A stretch of 24,000 nt of DNA from Streptomyces sp. NBC_00576 (lineage in GTDB: Bacteria; Actinomycetota; Actinomycetes; Streptomycetales; Streptomycetaceae): NCBI RefSeq assembly GCF_036345175.1, contig NZ_CP107780.1, positions 4,958,871-4,982,870 on the forward strand. Direction: 5' to 3'. Each line of letters starts with the position of its first letter. Within the stretch, counting starts at the first letter, position 1. This document shows, piece after piece, positions 15,482 through 23,780 of the stretch. The notes under the pieces were generated by a model. It was not told the origin of the DNA, ran no database searches, and saw only the letters and a list, made by a program, of their open reading frames with translations. The translations under genes and the position numbers were made by a program.

Positions 15482-15988
15482 TCAGCCCGTCCGGGCCACC
15501 AGTGCCGTGGCCACCGCCATCAGTCCCTCCGCCCGCCCCGGGAACCCGAGCCCGTCCGTCGTAGCGCCGGACACCGAGACCGGCGCCCCCACCGCCTCCG
15601 ACAACACCTTCTGCGCTTCCTCGCGCCGCTTCCCGATCTTGGGCCGCGGCCCCACCACCTGCACGGCGACGTTGCCGATCGTGAACCCGGCCGCCCGGAC
15701 GATCCGCGCCGCCTCCGTCAACAGCGTCACCCCGGAAGCCCCGGACCACTCCGGGCGTCCGGTACCGAAGTGCTGCCCCAGGTCGCCGAGGCCGGCCGCC
15801 GAGAACAGCGCGTTGCACGCGGCGTGGGCGACGACGTCCGCGTCGGAGTGACCCGCGAGCCCCGTCCCCTCGCCCTCCCACTTCAGGCCGGCGCACCACA
15901 GCTCGCGGCCCTCCTCGAAAGCGTGAATGTCGGTACCGATACCGACCTGGGGCAGAACCGGCCCCCCTGCGGCAATCTCAGAAGCCAT
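15482..15988 (-). CDS. ispF: 2-C-methyl-D-erythritol 2,4-cyclodiphosphate synthase
   Basis: GIGTDIHAF...[11 protein letters not shown]...TTDGLGF, the hallmark motifs of IspF. Confidence 0.95.
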   Translation of the reverse strand: MASEIAAGGPVLPQVGIGTDIHAFEEGRELWCAGLKWEGEGTGLAGHSDADVVAHAACNALFSAAGLGDLGQHFGTGRPEWSGASGVTLLTEAARIVRAAGFTIGNVAVQVVGPRPKIGKRREEAQKVLSEAVGAPVSVSGATTDGLGFPGRAEGLMAVATALVARTG

Positions 15989-16730
15989 CGTTCAGCCTCC
16001 TCCGTGCCAGTACCGCCTCCGCGAGTACGAGATCCAGTGGCCTCGTCACTTTGAACGCCTCCTCGTGGCCGGGCACGACCACGACCGGCAGGCCCAGCTG
16101 TTCCACCATGCTCGCGTCGTCGGTGACGTTCTCGGTGACCGTCGCGTGGGCCCGTACGAGCGTGGCGACGGCGAACCCCTGCGGTGTCTGGACCGCGCGG
16201 AGCCGCGCCCGCTCCGGTGTCGCCAGCACCGGCTCCGGTTCCCCGGGCGTCATGGCCGGCTCGACCTCCTTGACGGTGTCCGCGAGCGGCAGCGCGGGAA
16301 CCACGGCCTGCGCACCTTCCCGTACCGCCTCGATCACGGCGTCCACCGTGTCCACCGGTACGAGTGGGCGGGCGGCGTCGTGCACGAGGACGATGTCGAT
16401 GCCGGGCGGCAGCGCGTCCAGGCCGAGCTTCACCGACTCCTGCCTGGACTCGCCCCCGGGTACGACGAGGAAGTCGGTGCGCTCGGGCAGCGCGTGGGCG
16501 TCGAGGAGGGTCTTGACCTCGGCGGCGCCGTCCGGCGGGGCCACGACGACGACGAGCGAGACGGCGCGGGACGCGGCCATCGCGCGCACCGCGTGTACGA
16601 GCATGGGCGTGCCGTTCAGCGCGCGAAGCGCTTTGGGGGCGCCCGGGCCGAGGCGTACGCCCCGGCCGGCGGCCGGAATCACGGCGGCCGTACGTGCCCC
16701 GGGCGGTGTGGGGCGCGATTCGTCAGACAT
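15978..16730 (-). CDS. ispD: 2-C-methyl-D-erythritol 4-phosphate cytidylyltransferase
   Basis: [14 protein letters not shown]...PKAL..., 250 aa, overlapping ispF by 11 nt. Confidence 0.95.
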   Translation of the reverse strand: MSDESRPTPPGARTAAVIPAAGRGVRLGPGAPKALRALNGTPMLVHAVRAMAASRAVSLVVVVAPPDGAAEVKTLLDAHALPERTDFLVVPGGESRQESVKLGLDALPPGIDIVLVHDAARPLVPVDTVDAVIEAVREGAQAVVPALPLADTVKEVEPAMTPGEPEPVLATPERARLRAVQTPQGFAVATLVRAHATVTENVTDDASMVEQLGLPVVVVPGHEEAFKVTRPLDLVLAEAVLARRRLNDGF

Positions 16731-17153
16731 CGGTTCCTGTCAGGTTTGTGTGCCGAGCCCACGTGGGTATGGCCTGGAGGAGTGCCGGGCGCGAGCCTCG
16801 ATCGGACCCTTCCGTGACTTCCGGTCGAGTCGGTTCCGGGCCCGGCACACAAGTATCAGTACTTCAGTGCTACTGGCAGACCGCAGAGAAAGTACGACTG
16901 CGGAGAACCAACTGCCGGTGGGGAAATCTGCTGGAGAATCCGCAGCTGCTGCTGGGGTCCCGGATACCTCGTCCGCGATACCTCGCAGATCGCAGGACAT
17001 CCGGGCATGAACATGCCGCAGCGCCCGGCGACATTGGATACGTCATCGGGCACCGCGGCATTTCACTGTGCTGCTTGATGAGCTGACTGTGCTGCCGAAC
17101 TGAGTGCGCGGGCTTTTCAGGGCCTGCGTTCAGTCAGGTTCGTTCAGTCGGAT

Positions 17154-17636
17154 TCAGGACGCGAGCACCTCGTCGAGCAGGGCCTCGGCCTTGTCCTCGT
17201 TCGTGTTTTCCGCCAGCGCGAGCTCGCTCACCAGGATCTGGCGAGCCTTGGCGAGCATGCGCTTCTCACCGGCGGACAGTCCGCGCTCACGCTCACGACG
17301 CCACAGGTCACGTACGACTTCCGCAACCTTGATGACATCGCCGGAGGCGAGCTTCTCCAGATTTGCCTTGTAACGACGCGACCAGTTCGTGGGCTCCTCG
17401 GCATACGGAGCGCGCAGGACCTCAAAGACCCGGTCCAGCCCTTCCTGACCAACCACATCACGTACGCCGACGAACTCCGCATTGTCCGCTGGCACACGTA
17501 CAGTCAGGTCACCCTGGGCGACCTTCAGCACCAAGTAGGTCTTGTCCACGCCTTTGATCTGGCGAGTTTCGATGGCCTCGATCAGCGCGGCCCCGTGATG
17601 GGGATAGACCACGGTGTCGCCAACCTTGAACGTCAT
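17154..17636 (-). CDS. carD: RNA-polymerase-binding transcription factor CarD
   Basis: [20 protein letters not shown]... (CarD/TRCF-RID N-terminal domain), 160 aa, with a GGAAGGGG Shine-Dalgarno upstream. Confidence 0.95.
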   Translation of the reverse strand: MTFKVGDTVVYPHHGAALIEAIETRQIKGVDKTYLVLKVAQGDLTVRVPADNAEFVGVRDVVGQEGLDRVFEVLRAPYAEEPTNWSRRYKANLEKLASGDVIKVAEVVRDLWRRERERGLSAGEKRMLAKARQILVSELALAENTNEDKAEALLDEVLAS

Positions 17637-18170
17637 GTGACAGGTACCCCTTCCGTGGCTATCCAGGGTAACACGGAAACGGCGGCTTCTGAATGGCGTT
17701 TTCGCAGGTCAGGGCATATCTCGGGGCTTGACAACTGCAACAGGAACGTGCTTCGGCAGGGCCCCGGAGACGAAGGCGAGGGGGGTATTCGCAGGTCGGA
17801 GCGGCTCTCCGAACGAAGTGAAACCCGGACGCCACACACACCCGGAGGCCCTTGCGGGCGACCAAACATCCACTTATGTCCGCTTCCAAGTGTGCGACTT
17901 ACGCTACTCCGTTCGGTGAGCGGAGTCGGGCGCGGGACGAATCCGGAATTGATCACGACGCTTGATGATCCGGCGGATGGCCGAGCAGACTCTCCATGAG
18001 TGATCAATTTCCCGATGCCGTCCATTCCTTCACCGGAATTTTGCAGGACAGGATCCTCTGTTTGCCGACGGCGCTTATGTGAATGCCGGACTGCCGTGCC
18101 CTGAGAAGGATCAAGAAGGGGGTCAAAGTGACTCCCGAGGCACCCGCGCTCTCCTGAGCCGGCTCCCCCG

Positions 18171-18188
18171 CCCGCCTCTAGAGGCGGG
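18171..18188. repeat. Perfect 18-bp palindrome CCCGCCTCTAGAGGCGGG in the carD/lipoprotein intergenic region
   Basis: Read directly. It follows a 9-codon mini-ORF (18128-18157) that has its own Shine-Dalgarno. Confidence 0.6.
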
Positions 18189-18268
18189 TCGGGTGCGGTG
18201 GCACGGGAACGGCTCGGTAACCTAAGGCCGCTGACAGTCACTTAGGGCGGCTTTATAAGGAGCTGCCC

Positions 18269-18298
18269 GTGCGTTCCAAGGAGTTGCCGCCGCCGTGA
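18269..18298 (+). CDS. Candidate 9-codon upstream ORF (M)RSKELPPP*, stop overlapping the lipoprotein start (GTGA)
   Basis: AAGGAG (18257-18262), 6 nt, then GTG 18269. TGA 18296-18298 overlaps GTG 18295-18297. Confidence 0.3.
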   Translation: MRSKELPPP

Positions 18299-18981
18299 GC
18301 AGCAGCCTTCGACGCGGCGCCCTCGCCGCATCCGCCCTCGCGTTCTCGGTCGCCACGCTCGCCGGGTGCGCAGCCGGAAACAACGCCCAGACGCTGGAGA
18401 TCAAGCCGGACAACGCGGCCAAGACCGTTGGCGTCATCAAGCTGCAGAACGTCGTCGTCATCACGCAGCCGGAGCTGGAGTCGACCGGCCCGGCCGCCGT
18501 CTCGGCGACCGTGTTCAACACCGGCGCCACCGCCCAGACGCTGGAGTCGATCACCGTCCCCGGCACCGGCAAGACCGCCGAGCTGAAGCCCGCCAAGGGC
18601 GGCAGCCTGAGCATCCCGGCCGGCGGCTCGCTCATCATCGGCGGGGCGAACAACGCGTCCGCCGTGCTGGCCAGCAGCCGCGAGGCGGTCCAGGACGGCA
18701 ACGCGCAGAAGATCACCTTCACCTTCAGCAAGACCGGTGACGTGAGCCTGCGCGCGTTCGTCGTCCCGGCGGAGGGCTTCTACGCGTCATGGGGCCCGAC
18801 GGAGGCCCCGGCGGTACCGGGCGGCGCCACCGGCGCCTCCCCCTCGCCCTCCACCTCCGGCGAGCCGGCAACGGCCGGTTCCCCGAGCCCGACCCCCACG
18901 GGGCCCGGCACGACGCCCGAGGCCGGGACCACGCCGAACATCTCGGCGACGGCCACGGATGCGGCGGTCGCCGGTCAGTAA
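18295..18981 (+). CDS. Lipoprotein of unknown function with a P/S/T-rich C-terminal tail
   Basis: Signal peptide (V)SSSLRRGALAASALAFSVATLAGC with lipobox LAGC. 228 aa with high GC3. Confidence 0.8.
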   Translation: MSSSLRRGALAASALAFSVATLAGCAAGNNAQTLEIKPDNAAKTVGVIKLQNVVVITQPELESTGPAAVSATVFNTGATAQTLESITVPGTGKTAELKPAKGGSLSIPAGGSLIIGGANNASAVLASSREAVQDGNAQKITFTFSKTGDVSLRAFVVPAEGFYASWGPTEAPAVPGGATGASPSPSTSGEPATAGSPSPTPTGPGTTPEAGTTPNISATATDAAVAGQ

Positions 18982-19015
18982 CCGCGGTCGGCGGCCACCG
19001 GGCCGTCGTACACGA

Positions 19016-19072
19016 GCGCGTACGTCGAAGGGCGGGACCTCTCCAGGAGGTCCCGCCCTTCGACGTACGTGC
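19016..19072. terminator. Very long bidirectional hairpin between the lipoprotein gene and phoP
   Basis: GCGCGTACGTCGAAGGGCGGGACCTC / GAGGTCCCGCCCTTCGACGTACGTGC: about 26 bp with one G-U pair and a 3-5 nt loop. Confidence 0.8.
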
Positions 19073-19095
19073 GGCGGCCGGGTGTTGGGGCCGGT

Positions 19096-19776
19096 TTACG
19101 GCTCGAACTTGTATCCGAGACCGCGGACCGTCACCAGGTACCTGGGCGCACCCGGGTCCGGCTCGATCTTGGCGCGCAGGCGCTTGACGTGGACGTCGAG
19201 GGTCTTGGTGTCGCCGACGTAGTCGGCGCCCCAGACCCGGTCGATGAGCTGCATACGGGTCAGCACGCGGCCGGCGTTGCGCAGCAGCATCTCCAGCAGG
19301 TCGAACTCCTTGAGCGGGAGGTCGACCTTGGCACCGGAGACGGTGACCACGTGGCGGTCGACGTCCATGCGGACCGGGCCGGCCTCCAGCGCGGCCGGGC
19401 TGACCTCCTCGGGCTCGCCGCGGCGGCGCAGGACGGCGCGGATGCGGGCGACCAGTTCGCGGGAGGAGAAGGGCTTGGTGACGTAGTCGTCGGCCCCTAT
19501 TTCCAGGCCGACGACCTTGTCGATCTCGCTGTCCTTGGCGGTGACCATGATCACCGGGACGTTGGACTTGACGCGCAGCTGACGGCAGACCTCCGTGCCG
19601 GGCAGGCCCGGCAGCATCAGGTCGAGCAGGACCAGGTCGGCGCCGTTGCGCTCGAACTCGTCGAGTCCGTCGGGCCCGGTGGCCGCGATGGCGACCTCGA
19701 AACCCTCTTTGCGGAGCATGTACGACAGGGCGTCGGAGAAGGATTCCTCGTCCTCGACGACGAGCACTCGGGTCAC
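19096..19776 (-). CDS. phoP: Phosphate-regulon response regulator PhoP (OmpR family)
   Basis: Receiver domain (VLVVEDE...DLVLLDLMLPG...TAKD) plus a winged-helix domain. The ATGA overlap with phoR and divergent phoU support the assignment. Confidence 0.9.
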   Translation of the reverse strand: MTRVLVVEDEESFSDALSYMLRKEGFEVAIAATGPDGLDEFERNGADLVLLDLMLPGLPGTEVCRQLRVKSNVPVIMVTAKDSEIDKVVGLEIGADDYVTKPFSSRELVARIRAVLRRRGEPEEVSPAALEAGPVRMDVDRHVVTVSGAKVDLPLKEFDLLEMLLRNAGRVLTRMQLIDRVWGADYVGDTKTLDVHVKRLRAKIEPDPGAPRYLVTVRGLGYKFEP

Positions 19777-21098
19777 GGATGGACCTCCGGGGCGTGAAGC
19801 GGATCGTAAGGGGATGTACCGGTGGTCCGGTCGGCCACTTCGCCGTGGTCGGACGGTCCGTCCCCGGCTTCGGGGTCGGAGTCTGGGAGTGACTCGGGGT
19901 GTGAGTCATGGTCGTACAGGTGCGGCCGGTTCGCGCGGGCTCGGCGGCCGGTGCCCGCCTCCGGCAGCCGCAGGGTGAACGTGGAGCCCTGACCCTCGGA
20001 GCTCCACACCGTGACCTCCCCGCCGTGCGAGGCGGCCACGTGCTTGACGATCGCCAGCCCGAGACCCGTACCGCCGGTGGCGCGGGAGCGGGCCGGGTCG
20101 ACGCGGTAGAAGCGCTCGAAGATGCGCTCCTTGTCCTTGTCGGAGATGCCGATGCCCTGGTCGGTCACGGCGACCTCGATCAGGTCCCCGCCAGGCGCGT
20201 TCACCCGGCGGGCCGCTATGCCGACGCGGGTGGCGGAGGGCGAGTAGTTGACGGCGTTCTCGACGAGGTTGCCCAGGGCGGCGGCGAGCTGGCCGCGGTT
20301 GCCCCAGACGCGCAGGTCGGCGGTGCCTCCGGCGGCCATGGTGATGTGTTTGGTGCCGGCCTGGTGGCGGCAGCGGTCGACGGCCTCGGCGACGAGCTCG
20401 TCGACGCGGACCGGCTCGGCGTCCTCCAGCGGGTCGTCGTTCTGCACCCGGGAGAGGTCGATGAGTTCCTGGACGAGGCTGGTGAGGCGGGTCGCCTCGA
20501 TCTGCATCCGGCCGGCGAAGCGCTCGACGGCCTCGGGGTCGTCCGAGGCGCCCATGACTGCCTCGGAGAGAAGGGAGAGGGCGCCGGTGGGGGTCTTGAG
20601 CTCGTGGCTGACGTTCGCGACGAAGTCGCGTCGTACGGCCTCGATGCGCCGGGCCTCGGTGAGGTCCTCGACGAGGAGGAGCACGAGCCGTGAGCCCAGC
20701 GGGGCGACGCGCGCCGAGACGGCGAGGGCTTCGCCGCGGCCGGTGCCGCGTCTGGGGAGGTCCAGCTCGACCTGGCGTATCTCGCCGTCGCGCCGGGTGT
20801 CGCGGGCCATCTGGAGCATCGGCTCCACCGAAAGCTTTCCGCCACGGACCAGTCCGAGGGCGTACGCCGCCGAGCTGGCCTTGACGACGGCGTCCGCCTC
20901 GTCGAGTACGACGGCCGAGGACCGCAGCACGGACAGCACCGTGTCGACGCCGGGCGGCAGTACGGGGTCGGTGTGCAGGGAGGTGCGGGTGGGCCGTTTC
21001 TGGTCACGCTCGCTCCAGCGGAACGCCAGCATGGCGATGACACCGGTGAGTACCCCGGCGATCGCTGCCGCTGCGGCGACTGCCGCGTTCACGTCCAT
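19773..21098 (-). CDS. phoR: Phosphate-sensing histidine kinase PhoR
   Basis: One N-terminal TM segment, H-box FVANVSHELKTP, N box LVENAVNYS, and G boxes DQGIGI and GTGLGLAIVKH. Confidence 0.9.
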   Translation of the reverse strand: MDVNAAVAAAAAIAGVLTGVIAMLAFRWSERDQKRPTRTSLHTDPVLPPGVDTVLSVLRSSAVVLDEADAVVKASSAAYALGLVRGGKLSVEPMLQMARDTRRDGEIRQVELDLPRRGTGRGEALAVSARVAPLGSRLVLLLVEDLTEARRIEAVRRDFVANVSHELKTPTGALSLLSEAVMGASDDPEAVERFAGRMQIEATRLTSLVQELIDLSRVQNDDPLEDAEPVRVDELVAEAVDRCRHQAGTKHITMAAGGTADLRVWGNRGQLAAALGNLVENAVNYSPSATRVGIAARRVNAPGGDLIEVAVTDQGIGISDKDKERIFERFYRVDPARSRATGGTGLGLAIVKHVAASHGGEVTVWSSEGQGSTFTLRLPEAGTGRRARANRPHLYDHDSHPESLPDSDPEAGDGPSDHGEVADRTTGTSPYDPLHAPEVHP

Positions 21099-21171
21099 GC
21101 ACTCAGGTTAGGCATGGGATACGACCCGGCCACAGCCATCAGGGTGCGACCTCGAACACTCGTCGCCCAGA

Positions 21172-21204
21172 GTTCACCTTGGAGCCAGTATTGGTTCATT
21201 TGTC
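21172..21204. promoter_or_regulatory. PHO-box-like 11-nt direct repeat units in the phoRP/phoU divergent region
   Basis: GTTCACCTTGG-AGCCAGTATTG-GTTCATTTGTC. The GTTCAC and GTTCAT cores are 22 nt (2 x 11) apart, matching the Streptomyces PhoP-box periodicity (from memory). Confidence 0.55.
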
Positions 21205-21301
21205 GGGGCGGAAAACGACGCGTGCAGGGCCGAACGTGGGAGCGTGGGGGTCACGGGGCCCGGTGCTTGCCCCCGAACGGACGTCAAGAGAGGGACACCT
21301 G

Positions 21302-21991
21302 ATGCGTGACGCGTACCACGAGGAACTTGACTCGATCGGCGATAGTCTGGTCGAAATGGCCCGACTTGTCGGGTCGGCTATCGGGCGTGCCACGACGGCG
21401 ATACTCGATGCCGACCTGAAGCTGGCCGAAAGTGTCATCGAGGCCGACGCCAGGGTCGACGAACTCCAGCACGACCTGGAAGGCCGCGCCATTGCGCTGC
21501 TGGCCCGCCAGCAGCCGGTGGCGACCGACCTGCGGATCGTCGTCACGTCGCTGCGGATGAGCGCCGATCTGGAACGCTCCGGCGACCTGGCCCAGCACGT
21601 CGCCAAGCTGGCCCGGCTGCGCTTCCCGGAGCGCGCGGTCCCGCGCGACCTGCACGCCACGATCCTGGAGATGGGCCAGCTCGCGCAGCGCCTGATGGCG
21701 AAGGCGGCCGAGGTCATCATCACCAAGGACGTCGACCTGGCGATGCAGCTGGAGACGGACGACGACGAGATGGACCTCCTGCACCGCACACTCTTCCGGC
21801 ACCTGATCGACGAGCGCTGGAAGCACGGCATCGAGACGGCGGTCGATGTCACGCTGCTGGGCCGTTACTACGAGCGCTTCGCGGACCACGCGGTGTCGGT
21901 CGCCAAGCGTGTGGTGTTCCTGGTGACGGGTGAGCACGCGGACGAGCTGCAGCAGGACGTGCAGCCGCCCACCGGGGTCGAGGGCGCGTAA
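21302..21991 (+). CDS. phoU: Phosphate signalling modulator PhoU
   Basis: MRDAYHEELDSIGDSLVEM... with two PhoU repeats. Start at ATG 21302 with a GAGAGGGA Shine-Dalgarno. The upstream track extension from 21179 is not supported. Confidence 0.9.
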   Translation: MRDAYHEELDSIGDSLVEMARLVGSAIGRATTAILDADLKLAESVIEADARVDELQHDLEGRAIALLARQQPVATDLRIVVTSLRMSADLERSGDLAQHVAKLARLRFPERAVPRDLHATILEMGQLAQRLMAKAAEVIITKDVDLAMQLETDDDEMDLLHRTLFRHLIDERWKHGIETAVDVTLLGRYYERFADHAVSVAKRVVFLVTGEHADELQQDVQPPTGVEGA

Positions 21992-22099
21992 CCCTCCGAG
22001 CCTCTGTGCGCCGTTGATGCGCCCGGCGGGACGGGCATGCAATGGGGAGAAAGTACGAGAAGGCACCCGTCTCCAGGACCAGCTCTCCAGGAGGGCCCC

Positions 22100-22252
22100 A
22101 TGGCCGAGACCCCCAGCACGCCCGACCCGACGCAGGAACGCGAGACGCAGCACCCCGCCGAGATCAAGAACCTGCCCCTGTTCGGCGCCTGCGGCTGCGG
22201 CTCCGGCTGCGGATGCGGCTGCCAGTCGGGCAATCCCTGCCAGTGCGGTTGA
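22100..22252 (+). CDS. mtpA: Small Cys-rich metallothionein-like protein (50 aa)
   Basis: MAETPSTPDPTQERETQHPAEIKNLPLFGACGCGSGCGCGCQSGNPCQCG with an AGGAGGG Shine-Dalgarno 5 nt upstream. Its position next to phoU matches the mtpA locus described in S. lividans/coelicolor (from memory). Confidence 0.7.
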   Translation: MAETPSTPDPTQERETQHPAEIKNLPLFGACGCGSGCGCGCQSGNPCQCG

Positions 22253-22354
22253 CGCATCGCCACTGGACAGGACATCGGATACGGCTTCAGGTACGACATC
22301 AGATTCCGGCTCGGATTCGGCTCCAGATCGGCATCAGTGCGGCTCGGCGTCCCA

Positions 22355-22392
22355 GGGACCCTGCCTCCATCGCGGAGGCGGGGTCCTTTTGT
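22355..22392 (+). terminator. Intrinsic terminator about 100 nt after mtpA
   Basis: GGGACCCTGCCTCC-ATCGC-GGAGGCGGGGTCC followed by TTTTGTGTG. Confidence 0.8.
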
Positions 22393-22608
22393 GTGGGGTT
22401 TGTGTGCGGTGGGGCCCGTTCGCCCTGTTCGGAGCATCAGAAGGCGACATCGATCATCGTTGAACCGGCATACACTTCACAGCAGTTGACGCTCAGGCGC
22501 TGTCCATGCACAGCAGGCACCCTGTTGCCATCTCGTTAACCAGCACTTCTTGACGTCACGTGCTGCCGCCGCGTTGGCTTCCGTATCTGTTCTGTATCTG
22601 GGTTCGTC

Positions 22609-23775
22609 ATGCTGTTCCCCGCCTGGAAGGCACCTGCCGTGAACGCTCGTACCCCCCGTCGGACCGCCGTACGCCGTACCGCCATCGCGGTGACGGCTGC
22701 TGCCTCGGCCTTCTCGCTCGCCGCGTGCGGTGTCCTCGACGGCACCGGCGGAAGCAGCGGCTCCGCGGCGCCGAAGAAGGGCGACGACATCACGGTGGGG
22801 CTCCTCCTGCCCGACAAGAAGACGAAGCGCTTCGAGAAGTTCGACTACCCGCTCTTCAAGAAGCAGGTCACCGCCCTCACCAACGGCAAGGGCAAGGTCC
22901 TCTACGCCAACGCCGAGGCGAACGAGGCCAAGCAGGGCAAGCAGCTCGAGGAGATGATCGCCGAGAAGGTGGACGTCCTCGTGGTGGACGCGATCGACGC
23001 CAAGACCATCGCGCCGGCGATAGAGAAGGCCAAGGAGGCGGACATACCGGTCATCGCGTACGACCGGCTCGCGGAGGGCCCGATCGACGCGTACGTCTCC
23101 CACGACAACGAACTCGTCGGTGAGGTGCAGGGCCGCTCGATCGTCGAGGCCCTCGGCGAGAAGGCCGCGACCAGCAAGATCGTCATGATCAACGGCTCGC
23201 TCACCGACCCGAACACGGCGCGGTTCCAGACCGGCGCGATGAACGAGCTCGAGGGCAAGGTCCAGATCGCGGCGTCGTACAACACCAAGGACTGGCTGCC
23301 CGAGGTCGCCAAGACCAACATGGAGACGGCGATCAGGTCCGTCGGGCTCAGCAACATCGCCGCGGTCTACTCGGCGAACGACGGTATGGCCGGCGCGGCC
23401 ATCGACGCGATGAAGGAGGCGGGAGCCTCGAAGATCCCGCCGGTGACCGGGCAGGACGCGGACCTCCAGGCGGTGCAGCGGATCGTCTCGGGCGAGCAGT
23501 ACATGAGCGTCTACAAGTCGTTCATCCTGGAGGCCAACAACGCCGCGTCCATGGCGGTGGCCAAGGTCCAGGGCCGCTCGATCGAGTTCGACGCGCTGAC
23601 CCGCGACAGCGTCGACAGCCCGACGCAGAAGAAGATCCCGTCGCAGCTGGTACCGGTGGTGGCCCTCACACGGGACAACATCAAGGACACCGTGATCCAG
23701 GACGGCGTCTACACCATCCAGGACATCTGCACCCCGGAGTACGCGGCGGCCTGCGCTGCGATCGGCCTCAAGTAA
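22609..23775 (+). CDS. Sugar ABC transporter substrate-binding lipoprotein (periplasmic-binding-protein type 1, XylF/RbsB-like)
   Basis: Lipobox FSLAAC. ...ITVGLLLPDKKTKRFEKFDYPLF...VDVLVVDAID...IPVIAYDRL...SANDGMAGAAIDAMK... is typical of CUT2-type sugar binders. GTG 22639 is an alternative start. Confidence 0.85.
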   Translation: MLFPAWKAPAVNARTPRRTAVRRTAIAVTAAASAFSLAACGVLDGTGGSSGSAAPKKGDDITVGLLLPDKKTKRFEKFDYPLFKKQVTALTNGKGKVLYANAEANEAKQGKQLEEMIAEKVDVLVVDAIDAKTIAPAIEKAKEADIPVIAYDRLAEGPIDAYVSHDNELVGEVQGRSIVEALGEKAATSKIVMINGSLTDPNTARFQTGAMNELEGKVQIAASYNTKDWLPEVAKTNMETAIRSVGLSNIAAVYSANDGMAGAAIDAMKEAGASKIPPVTGQDADLQAVQRIVSGEQYMSVYKSFILEANNAASMAVAKVQGRSIEFDALTRDSVDSPTQKKIPSQLVPVVALTRDNIKDTVIQDGVYTIQDICTPEYAAACAAIGLK

Positions 23776-23780
23776 CGGGC

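Noticed and set aside
17127-17149. GTTCAGTC direct repeats just downstream of carD as PHO boxes
   Set aside because: The repeats are 14 nt apart rather than the 11-nt periodicity PhoP requires, and they lie in a 3' region. They are listed only as unexplained repeats.
17633-18241. 202-aa minus-strand ORF (and 17595..17999 +) in the carD upstream region as protein genes
   Set aside because: They have low GC and no GC3 bias, an odd composition, overlap the carD start and have no motif. I treated the region as non-coding.
22100-22252. Cys-rich 50-aa ORF as a RiPP precursor (leader plus Cys-rich core)
   Set aside because: No radical-SAM enzyme, cyclodehydratase, lanthionine synthetase, protease or exporter gene is nearby. 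It sits in a conserved pho-associated position consistent with a metallothionein-like protein.
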